From contig CAZUWF010000007.1 of assembly GCA_964624065.1 (NCBI GenBank), forward strand, positions 14,134-78,133: a stretch of 64,000 nucleotides of DNA, given 5' to 3'. Of the stretch, positions 20,558-28,798 are shown in pieces. The notes below the pieces were generated by a model, which worked only from the letters and a program-made list of their open reading frames with translations, was not told the origin of the DNA and searched no databases. Position 1 is the first letter of the stretch, and every line of letters starts with the position of its first letter. A program made the translations under genes and the position numbers. This DNA is from an uncultured Bacteroidales bacterium (lineage in GTDB: Bacteria > Bacteroidota > Bacteroidia > Bacteroidales > UBA7960).

Positions 20558-21331
20558 TTACCTTTTCCTTTTGAAAGCCATTGTGGCACAGGTTACCTTG
20601 TTGATGTTTACATCAGTTTCTTCCCTTTGCCTCGCCATGTAGTTTTCAAATAGGTAGGCCTTGTCAGGATGTAGTTCAATGAGTTCTCGGCACCTGATTT
20701 CCAGTGAATTGAGAATGGCATTTTCCGATTCGAAAACAGCTTCAGCACTGCAAGGTAAAATCTCCAAAAGTTCGAAACCTGCACTGCTTGTCTGCTCCAT
20801 TAGTTGGTCCTTCGTCAAAACCAATGGATGTGAAAAATCGCAATTGCGCTCAATAAATGAATCATCAATCAGGACAATCCCGTCGGCTTTCAAAGCTTTT
20901 TCTATGACAAAAAAAGTTTCTTTATAATTGCCCAACACAGGTCCTATGGCTCCAAGTATTACTAGGTCAAATCCTTTAAGTCTATGTACCTCTGTTCGAA
21001 TGTCGCCAACCCAAAAGTTGCACAAACCATCAACACCGTATTCTTTGGCCTTAACCTTGGCAAATTCGATAAACTCAGGAATGGCATCGATCCCTAACAC
21101 CTGGCAGCCAAAATGCCTGGACAAAATAACCGAAACGGCTCCCTTGCCGCAGCCTAGGTCAAGAACTTTCATTCTTTGCTTATTGGCAGCATAGCTATCG
21201 GCCAATTTTATCATAGCCTGAGGATCGGAACCAATTTCCCAAATATCCTGAAGAATGTATGGCAGGAATTCGAAAAGGTCAGGATCGGTGCCGTCCATAG
21301 CTGACACTACGGTTTCTTGGAGTGTTTTCAT
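20558..21331 (-). CDS. Class I SAM-dependent methyltransferase
   Basis: Has SAM motif I, VLDLGCGKGAVS. Its start overlaps the stop of the asnB remnant by 4 nt. Confidence 0.8.
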   Translation of the reverse strand: MKTLQETVVSAMDGTDPDLFEFLPYILQDIWEIGSDPQAMIKLADSYAANKQRMKVLDLGCGKGAVSVILSRHFGCQVLGIDAIPEFIEFAKVKAKEYGVDGLCNFWVGDIRTEVHRLKGFDLVILGAIGPVLGNYKETFFVIEKALKADGIVLIDDSFIERNCDFSHPLVLTKDQLMEQTSSAGFELLEILPCSAEAVFESENAILNSLEIRCRELIELHPDKAYLFENYMARQREETDVNINKVTCATMAFKRKR

Positions 21332-21756
21332 TTTGGGTTTAGGTTAAGAAGATTGGCTGGAAAGTGATACTCGAAAATGCTACGGTAATAGTGCTTTTGC
21401 TTGGTCATTGGAGAATTTACAGGAAACCTGTCTTTGGTTTGTGCCATTTGTTTGCCAGAAGCCTTATCTGAATTAATCTGGCGCAAGGTGTCAGTGCAGT
21501 TGTGGCCAACTCCATCAGAGAATTGTTCCAATTGTCGCCAAGCAACATTGTGTGATAATAGGTCTTCAAAGGTTTTTCGCAAAACCCATTTTTCAATCTT
21601 CCCATACCCCCGCATCTTGTCCTTTGGGTTATGGCGCGTAGCTATTTCCATAAATTCATTATCCAGGAGACTTACCTTCTTGGATTCGTGCAAAATTTGA
21701 GGGTGCAGGTCGGTTGCCGAAAGCTCTTTGTCCAATGCGCCAACAATACCACACAT
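21328..21756 (-). pseudogene. asnB: Internally deleted asparagine synthase B remnant (open 142-codon frame)
   Basis: It starts with the class-II amidotransferase N-terminus MCGIVG. It then jumps directly into the AsnB C-terminal region (RHNPKDKMRGYGKIEKWVLRKTF..VAWRQLEQFSDGVG..FPVNSPMTKQKHYYRSIFEYHFP), which aligns with E. coli AsnB residues from about 420 onward. About 400 internal residues are missing. Confidence 0.65.
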
Positions 21757-22060
21757 AATTCCTTGTAAGGTTTGAAACTATTGGAAATCTCTCCGCAAAA
21801 GTAATAACGAAAAGGAAGAAACCAATGGGTATATGGAATCGGGAGTTTGGAATTGGTTGAACGGGCGAATGAATAATTGAGATTTGAAAAAATTTAGGTT
21901 AAAGAATTGGTGCCAATAAAAGGGATTATCACATATTTAACTAATCACCAACGACTTTTCACTGCTTATTCGGTAATTGAATAACCCACTTAACATTACA
22001 GGCAATAACGTATTTGTTAATTCAACCCACAAACCTATTATCAAAAAACCCATCCTCCCG

Positions 22061-22843
22061 TCAACACTTCTCCGCTACCACGAGCATTTCAAAGTCCTTG
22101 ATGGTAAGTTTGTCTTGCCTAGAAAAGGCTCCCAACTTGCAGCCAAATATCTCAATCTTACTAAAATCAAGGGTTTTGAGAAGCCAGGTTATTTCGCAAG
22201 GCAGGTAGTACCTTTCGTTGCATTCAAGCTTGTGCTCAACCCCACCATCGTCGGTAAAAGTGGTAAGGTTGTGGTCTCTGAATGTCATAATATCGAAATT
22301 GGTACTTTTGTAGGTGGCGTTGCCTTCGGATGAAGGTCCCTCCTGGTGAAATTGGTCAATTGAATTAAACACCGGAAAAAGCCCGTTGAGGGTTGTAAAG
22401 ATGAACTTGCCATTTGGTTTTAGCGCTCGTGCCACATTTTTCAGGATCTCGAAATTCATCTCGTCGGTTTCCATCAGCGGGAATGCCCCCTCGCAAATCA
22501 TAATTGCTGCGCCAAACTGGTTATCGAAGGGCAAATTTCGAGCATCGTGCATCTCAAAATCAACTTTAACCCCAGTTGCCTTTGCCTTTTCGGCTGCTTT
22601 TAGCAAAAGGTTTTCCGAAAGGTCAATTCCTGTGGTGCGATATCCCCTTTTTGCCAGCTCGATGACGTTTCGGCCGGTTCCGCAACCCACATCCAAAATA
22701 TCAACCGATTTATCATACCCGAGTTCACTTTCGATAAAGTCGCACTCACCAATGGTGCCTTGTGCAAAACATTCGCGATCGTAGCTTTGGGCATAATTTT
22801 CGAAAAGGGTTTGGTACCATTGTTTTGCCTTGGCAGGTTCCAT
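22061..22843 (-). CDS. Class I SAM-dependent methyltransferase, last gene of the xdhCAB operon
   Basis: Has SAM motif I, ILDVGCGTGRNV. It starts 10 nt after the xdhB stop on the same strand. Confidence 0.8.
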   Translation of the reverse strand: MEPAKAKQWYQTLFENYAQSYDRECFAQGTIGECDFIESELGYDKSVDILDVGCGTGRNVIELAKRGYRTTGIDLSENLLLKAAEKAKATGVKVDFEMHDARNLPFDNQFGAAIMICEGAFPLMETDEMNFEILKNVARALKPNGKFIFTTLNGLFPVFNSIDQFHQEGPSSEGNATYKSTNFDIMTFRDHNLTTFTDDGGVEHKLECNERYYLPCEITWLLKTLDFSKIEIFGCKLGAFSRQDKLTIKDFEMLVVAEKC

Positions 22844-22853
22844 TTTTTTCAGG

Positions 22854-25163
22854 TTATGTAGATTTGAGTCCCTTCACCGACCTTACCACCAACTCGTTGC
22901 TTGCAGGTAGCTCGAAATAAGGTTCCACTTCGTGGTTTGCCACTGCAGAAATGGCATCCTTGATAGCCAGCCATGCCGAAAAAGCCAACATAAATGGTGG
23001 TTCGCCCACGGCCTTGCTACGCCTAATGGTATTAACCATATTAGGAGCATCCTGAAGCATTTCCAAGTTAAACTCTAAGGGAATGTCGTCAATTGTAGGA
23101 ATCTTGTATGTGTCGGGCGAATGGTTCAGCAGGTTGCCCTTTGTATCCCATTTCACAATTTCGGTGATGCACCATCCCAGTCCCTGAACGTAAGCACCGT
23201 AAACCTGCCCCATATCAATTGCCGGGTTAATGCTTTGGCCAACATCGTGAACAATATCGGTGCGCAATACGCGGGTATTACCGGTGTCAAGATTCACCTC
23301 TACTTCGGTTGCAGCCATACCGTACGAAAAATAGTAAAAAGGAGTCCCCTTACGTGTGGTTTTGTCAAAGAAAATATCTGGAGTGCGATAAAAGCCGGTA
23401 GCGCTCAAACTTACTTGTTGCAAGTAGGCCTCGCCAACCAAAGTTGCAAAGTCAATTGATTTTTCTTCTTCCCCTTTCGGAAAAACTTTTCCGTTTTCGA
23501 ATACCACATCTTGCCCTCCCAAGCTACCATATTTACTCAAAATCATTTTACATGCCAAAGGAAGCAACCTATTCTTAATCTTTTCAATTGCATTTTTTAC
23601 TGCCATCCCGTTAAGGTCGCTGCCTGACGAGGCCGCAGTGGGCGAGGTGTTTGGAACCCTCGAGGTGTTCGTGGCGTTGACCTTTACCTTTTCGACCGGA
23701 ATTCCCATTTCAAGGGCCGACACCTGCCTTATCTTGGTGTGAAGCCCTTGTCCCATCTCCGTGCCACCGTGATTTACCAACATTGTGCCATCCTTGTAAA
23801 CCAGCACCAAGGCCCCGGCTTGATTCATAAAAGTTGCCGTGAAAGAAATGCCAAATTTTATTGGAGTCAGTGCCAAGCCTCGCTTTTGCCTTTGGTTTGA
23901 CATATTGAATTCTGCAACTTCATTGCGCCTTTGGTGGTAATTGCTTTTTTCGAGCACCCTTTCTAGGATGGCTGGAAGCCGTATGTGTTGAACCTTTTGT
24001 CCGTAAGGAGTTATGTTTCGAGTGTTTTCCTGGTAAAAATTAAGCACCCTGACTTCCAGCGGATCCTTTTTCAAAAAACGTGCTATCCTATCTATCGCAT
24101 TTTCGATAACTGCCATACCTTGCGGTCCGCCAAACCCCCTGAAAGCAGTATTTGAGGGCAGGTTTGTTTTCCAAGTGTTACCCGTAATTTTTAAGTTAGG
24201 TATGAAATATGCATTTGTGGCGTGGTACATTGCCCTTTCTATGATCGGAATGCTCAAATCGGTGGCACACCCAACGTCGGTATTCAAATCAACCTCGTAT
24301 GCCAAAATACGGCCATCGTCGTCAAAGGCAATGGTGTAATCCGACTCGAACCTGTGTCTTTTTCCTGTCATTTTCTGGTCGTCGTCGCGAAACAAGACTA
24401 TTTTTACGGGTTTTCGGGTGTGATCGGCCAATAACGCCGCCCAAGCTGCCACGTGGTTTCCTTGCGTTTCCTTGCCGCCAAACCCGCCGCCCATTCTTTT
24501 TACCTCGCAAACCACCTCTTTTGCATCGAGTCCCAAAACATCGGCCACAACGAATTGAGTCTCGGTAGGATTCTGCGAGGAAGCATAAACCACCATTTCG
24601 CGATTTTCGCCCGGAACGCAAAGGGCCGCTTGTGTTTCGAGGTACCAGTGCTCCTGGGCTCCAGTTTTCAGGCTGCCGTTCAAAATATGCCGGGCGGCCT
24701 TCATACCCTCCTGCAAGTCGCCCATTTCAAAGACAATGGGTTGGACTAGCCTGCTGTTTTTCTCCTTGGCAGCGGCAATTGAAAGTATTGGCTCCAAAGG
24801 CTCGTAATTTATCTTGATCTTTTTCTCGGCTTCTCGTGCGGCTTCCTCGGTTTCGGCTGCTATCAAAAAAACTGCCTGTCCCACGCAAATGACCTGACCG
24901 GCTGCCAAGCACGGTTCGTCGTCCTTGTGGGGGTTAAGTTGGTTTTTTCCCGGAATATCTTGGTGGCTCAAAACTGCCACTACCCCCTTTGTTTTAAGAG
25001 CATCCGAAAGGTCAAAGTCAACAATACGACCACTTGCATGAGGGCTGTAGACCACTCGCCCCAACAGCATATCATTTCCAGCCTCCATATCGCATATGTA
25101 AACGGCCTCGCCGGTTACGTGTTGAACTGCACTATCGTGGCTCAAACTGTTTTCTTTTTTCAT
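22854..25163 (-). CDS. xdhB: Xanthine dehydrogenase, molybdopterin-binding subunit
   Basis: 769 aa. Has an aldehyde oxidase/XDH a/b hammerhead N-terminus and the RMGGGFGGKETQ motif. It overlaps xdhA by 4 nt. Confidence 0.9.
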   Translation of the reverse strand: MKKENSLSHDSAVQHVTGEAVYICDMEAGNDMLLGRVVYSPHASGRIVDFDLSDALKTKGVVAVLSHQDIPGKNQLNPHKDDEPCLAAGQVICVGQAVFLIAAETEEAAREAEKKIKINYEPLEPILSIAAAKEKNSRLVQPIVFEMGDLQEGMKAARHILNGSLKTGAQEHWYLETQAALCVPGENREMVVYASSQNPTETQFVVADVLGLDAKEVVCEVKRMGGGFGGKETQGNHVAAWAALLADHTRKPVKIVLFRDDDQKMTGKRHRFESDYTIAFDDDGRILAYEVDLNTDVGCATDLSIPIIERAMYHATNAYFIPNLKITGNTWKTNLPSNTAFRGFGGPQGMAVIENAIDRIARFLKKDPLEVRVLNFYQENTRNITPYGQKVQHIRLPAILERVLEKSNYHQRRNEVAEFNMSNQRQKRGLALTPIKFGISFTATFMNQAGALVLVYKDGTMLVNHGGTEMGQGLHTKIRQVSALEMGIPVEKVKVNATNTSRVPNTSPTAASSGSDLNGMAVKNAIEKIKNRLLPLACKMILSKYGSLGGQDVVFENGKVFPKGEEEKSIDFATLVGEAYLQQVSLSATGFYRTPDIFFDKTTRKGTPFYYFSYGMAATEVEVNLDTGNTRVLRTDIVHDVGQSINPAIDMGQVYGAYVQGLGWCITEIVKWDTKGNLLNHSPDTYKIPTIDDIPLEFNLEMLQDAPNMVNTIRRSKAVGEPPFMLAFSAWLAIKDAISAVANHEVEPYFELPASNELVVRSVKGLKST

Positions 25164-26620
25164 AGCTGATGGATTTTGGAATTTTGCAACATCTTGGCCA
25201 AAAGATTCTTTGCAACATCCATCCTGAACTCCTTGCCAGCTCGTGCGTCGGTAAGGGGCGAAAAGTCGGTATCTAGAAATTCAATGGCCTCCATAATGAT
25301 AGCATCCGAAATTTCCTTGCCTAATAAGAACTTTTCGGTGTTGAAGGCTCGCCTTGGGGTTGCGGCCATTCCACCATAGGCAATAATAATTCCCTGGATC
25401 AATCCATCCTTGCCCAATTCGAACCGCGTGGCAATACTCAGTGTTGAAATGTCGAGTTCGCGACGGGTAGAGACTTTCTCTGTTTGGACCACCACCCCAT
25501 CAGGTACCAAGGGTATAAGAATCCGAATCAGTATTTCATCGGGATTGAGACAGTTTTGGCGGTAACCGGTTATGAACTCTTCTAAAGGAATTACTTGTTT
25601 TTTGTTAGAATTTCCGATTTCAACCTCTGCATTGTAGGCAAAAAGAATTGGCAGCAAATCGCCTATTGGCGAGGAGGTGGCAAGGTTTCCGCCAATTGTG
25701 GCCACGTTGCGAATTTGTTTGGAAGCGAAAACTTCAATTACCGGACGCATTCCTCGAAAATGGCGCTGTGCAAGTACCTTCACTTGCTCAATGGAGGCTC
25801 CGGCACCTATGGCGGCCTTCTCTCCATCAACAGATATTTCATCAAAACCCTTAACCTGCGAAAGGTCAATGATTTGAGGCGGGTACAGGTGGGTCTTGTT
25901 CTGGTAAATGGCCGTATCGGTTGCACCGTTAACCAACTTCGCATCAGGTTTTTCTTTTTTCCAAACTAATGCTTGGTCAAGGGTGGCAGGTATGAGGTAT
26001 TGCTGCCTTTTGTGCTTGATATCGAGTCCTTTATGACCGCTTTGAATCTCGGAAAGCATTTCGGAAACCATTTGGCTGTGGTGATCGAAGTGGTCGGGTC
26101 GTCTGTTGCTGCAGCAGTCAACTGCAGCATCAATGATCGGCTGGTAACCCGTGCAGCGGCAAAGGTTTCCGGAAAGGGCCTCCACGAGGTTTTGGCGCGT
26201 GGGGGCCATTTGGCTTTTGTAAAAGGCAAATAATGCCATTACGAAGCCGGGTGTGCAGAAGCCACACTGGCTTCCGTGGTGGTTTACGAAAGCCTCCTGC
26301 ACGTGGTGCAATACCAGTTCGGTGTTGTGGCGCCGGGCTAAGTTTTCGACCGAAATAAGCTGCTTTCCGTGCAAGTAAGGCAGGAATAGCAGGCAAGAGT
26401 CAACTGCACGGTATTTGATCTTTCCATCGGGAGCAAGTTCGCCCAAAACTACTGTGCAAGCGCCACAGTCACCCTCGGCACAGCCCTCCTTAGTGCCTCG
26501 ACGGCCCGGTATGGACCTAAGGTAATTCAACACGGTGGTCGAAGGTACGAAAGGCTGCCGCGAAAGGTCAATCTCCACCAATTGGTTGTCCAAGACGAAT
26601 TTTAATGTACTTCCTGTCAT
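25160..26620 (-). CDS. xdhA: Xanthine dehydrogenase small subunit ([2Fe-2S] + FAD-binding)
   Basis: Has the plant-type cluster GCAEGDCGACTV, a second cluster CRCTGYQPI and the FAD-binding region ATIGGNLATSSPIGD. 486 aa, like Rhodobacter-type XdhA. Confidence 0.9.
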   Translation of the reverse strand: MTGSTLKFVLDNQLVEIDLSRQPFVPSTTVLNYLRSIPGRRGTKEGCAEGDCGACTVVLGELAPDGKIKYRAVDSCLLFLPYLHGKQLISVENLARRHNTELVLHHVQEAFVNHHGSQCGFCTPGFVMALFAFYKSQMAPTRQNLVEALSGNLCRCTGYQPIIDAAVDCCSNRRPDHFDHHSQMVSEMLSEIQSGHKGLDIKHKRQQYLIPATLDQALVWKKEKPDAKLVNGATDTAIYQNKTHLYPPQIIDLSQVKGFDEISVDGEKAAIGAGASIEQVKVLAQRHFRGMRPVIEVFASKQIRNVATIGGNLATSSPIGDLLPILFAYNAEVEIGNSNKKQVIPLEEFITGYRQNCLNPDEILIRILIPLVPDGVVVQTEKVSTRRELDISTLSIATRFELGKDGLIQGIIIAYGGMAATPRRAFNTEKFLLGKEISDAIIMEAIEFLDTDFSPLTDARAGKEFRMDVAKNLLAKMLQNSKIHQL

Positions 26621-27384
26621 TTGTTTTTCGAGTTTTTCACGTCAATCAGCCTTGCCACAATGCTAATGGCTATTTCGCGGGGTGTCTCTGCATTGAATGG
26701 TACTCCCATTGGCATTTCCACCCTATCCAATTGCTCTTTGGTAAGCTGGCCCGAATCCAAGTAACGCTGCCTTGCCATAGCCACCTTGCGCTTACTGCCT
26801 ATCATACCGAGGTAGAGTAGGTCTCTGGTGGCCAATATTCCCAACAAATCCTCGTCGAACCCGTGACCTTGGGTAGTAATAATGGCAAGATCTATCGACT
26901 CGAATGGTATGCTCCTTGCCTTTTCGAGGTAATCGCCAACAATACATTCGGCGTGGGTCGCGTCAAACTCCCCGAAAATGTTTTCGCGATTGTCAATGTA
27001 CCTCACCTTAAATCCAAGGCTTTTGGCTAGCACCCCCACCTCGCGGCCAATATGTCCTGCCCCGAAAATGGTAAGGCGAAGTTGGGGGAGGAAGGGTTCG
27101 AAGTAAACGGTAACCTTGCCTCCGCATTGCATTCCCAAGTCGGTTTCGAGGTTGTAGGCAATAAGTTGGGGCTTGCCAGCCTGCAGGCATTTATGTGCAT
27201 CTTCAACGGTACGCATTTCGATCGACCCGCCACCAACGGTTCCAAGGGTTCGGCCATCGGCATAAACAACCATCCTGGCACCCTCCTTGCGAGGCGTGGA
27301 TCCCTGGGCACCTACAACAATGCAAAGCACGAATGACTGGCCTTCGTCTCTTATCTTATTTAATTGAAAAGCTAGGTCTGACAT
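26617..27384 (-). CDS. xdhC: XdhC/CoxI-family Moco insertion/sulfuration accessory protein
   Basis: N-terminal XdhC domain (FVLCIVVGAQGSTPRKEGARMVV) and a Rossmann-like LTIFGAGHIGREV. It overlaps xdhA by 4 nt. Confidence 0.85.
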   Translation of the reverse strand: MSDLAFQLNKIRDEGQSFVLCIVVGAQGSTPRKEGARMVVYADGRTLGTVGGGSIEMRTVEDAHKCLQAGKPQLIAYNLETDLGMQCGGKVTVYFEPFLPQLRLTIFGAGHIGREVGVLAKSLGFKVRYIDNRENIFGEFDATHAECIVGDYLEKARSIPFESIDLAIITTQGHGFDEDLLGILATRDLLYLGMIGSKRKVAMARQRYLDSGQLTKEQLDRVEMPMGVPFNAETPREIAISIVARLIDVKNSKNK

Positions 27385-27822
27385 AATCGTAGATTTTGGC
27401 CGTAAATTTAGTACTTATTCGGTAAATGACAACAAGGTTTATTGGGTTGGGAGGTTAAGTGGTTTAGAATCTGAAAAGTTTTTGGGGTTCAGAATGGCCC
27501 TATGTAAAAAATTAAAATTATAAATAGAATTCATAATGCTGAAAGCGTAAGGCTAAGATTTGCATTCAATGTCGATAAACCTTAGCTCGAAAATTGCCTT
27601 CCAAAAACCTTTTTTCATCGCAGGGGCACTGCTTTTACAAAACTTTTGTATGGCCTGCAAAAACCCCAGAAGGGTCGGGTGGTTCGTAAGCAAGCTTACC
27701 TTTGTTACCTTGGCTGGCGAAAAAAATAGATCTGGAATCCAACACTTCCATTATTTCAAAATCAAAAATCGGCAATCACTCACCTTTTGATAGTCGACCT
27801 AAACCCATACATTTACAAACCC

Positions 27823-28458
27823 CTAAACTTTCCAACCCTTTTCAACATTCTCCAAAAACTCATTGTAATCCCCACCGGTGTTAATATTAAGGTGTATTCC
27901 CGGCCAATCGGTTTCTACCATCAGTCTATTACTGTTTTTCAGGATTTGGGTTAAAGGGTAGTCTGATTCGGGTTGATTCAAGATTTTGGGGATTAAACAC
28001 GGCATTATTAAAACCGGGTGACCGCCCTTTCCCTTGTGAATCGGCACCACGCAATCGTAATCGCCTGCCCTATCTAACATTTCATTCATTAATAACTGGT
28101 TGAAACCCGGATTGTCAACGTTATGCAAAAAAACCGGACAAGAGTCGCCCGCAGCCTCAAAACCGAGCCTTATGGAAAGAAACCTGCCTTTTTTGGGTTC
28201 GGGGTTGTGCACGAATCTGAAATCGTCGAGGGTTAGCACCTCCTGCATATTATAGAATTCATCATGTGTAAAACTCCCCACTACGAAAATTTCCTTTGCC
28301 ATCAAAGATCGGTAACTCCGCACCAAGAACGAAAGGAAATTGTCTTTCTCATCGATAATGAGGCCCGCCTTTGGAAAACCCATTCGGGTGGATAGACCAC
28401 CTGCGAGGATTATTGTAGAAAATTGTGGGCTCATTGCTATCGATTTGACAGAAAACAA
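27823..28458 (-). CDS. MobA/MocA-like molybdenum cofactor nucleotidyl (cytidylyl) transferase
   Basis: Has the NTP-transferase motif IILAGGLSTRMGFPKAGL. It is positionally equivalent to E. coli ygfJ (mocA) next to ygfK. An alternative ATG lies at 28434. Confidence 0.7.
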   Translation of the reverse strand: MFSVKSIAMSPQFSTIILAGGLSTRMGFPKAGLIIDEKDNFLSFLVRSYRSLMAKEIFVVGSFTHDEFYNMQEVLTLDDFRFVHNPEPKKGRFLSIRLGFEAAGDSCPVFLHNVDNPGFNQLLMNEMLDRAGDYDCVVPIHKGKGGHPVLIMPCLIPKILNQPESDYPLTQILKNSNRLMVETDWPGIHLNINTGGDYNEFLENVEKGWKV

Positions 28459-28518
28459 TTATTTACATAACAATGTTCCATGCAAATTACGCAAAAAATC
28501 AAATCAAAGTGGACAAAA

Positions 28519-28538
28519 TTGATTTAATATTGAATCAA
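28519..28538. promoter_or_regulatory. 20-bp near-perfect palindrome in the mocA-like | ygfK divergent intergenic region (candidate operator)
   Basis: In TTGATTTAAT|ATTGAATCAA, 9 of 10 positions are self-complementary. A half-site-like AATTGATTT recurs at 28614-28622. Confidence 0.3.
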
Positions 28539-28798
28539 CAATCGGTTTTTCGCAGGTAGCCTAGTAATTTAATCCCCTGTGATGTATGCGAGGAACAATT
28601 TGATGCAGGAATAAATTGATTTGAATACCCTGGTGAAGATCAGAAATCTGCGCAATTCCTGCCTTTAAAATAAAATGAATCTTAACAGTAAAACTTTAGA
28701 TATTGACCCCATACTTATTGAGGTTTCAAAACCATAGGAAAATTATCTTCTCCAAATTCCCAATTTTTCACTACATTGCGCAAATTTTCTAATTAGTT

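Noticed and set aside
27686-27699. GTAAGC-AA-GCTTAC palindrome upstream of xdhC
   Set aside because: A 6+6 bp palindrome is expected by chance many times in 64 kb, and its 2-nt spacer rules out an RNA hairpin. It is noted only as a weak operator candidate.
27560-27790. 76-aa ORF in the 438-bp xdhC-upstream / mocA-downstream spacer
   Set aside because: It has no motifs, an odd composition and no promoter box at a sensible distance. The spacer more likely contains the xdhCAB promoter. I looked for purine or Moco riboswitch signatures on the minus strand and found none I could support.
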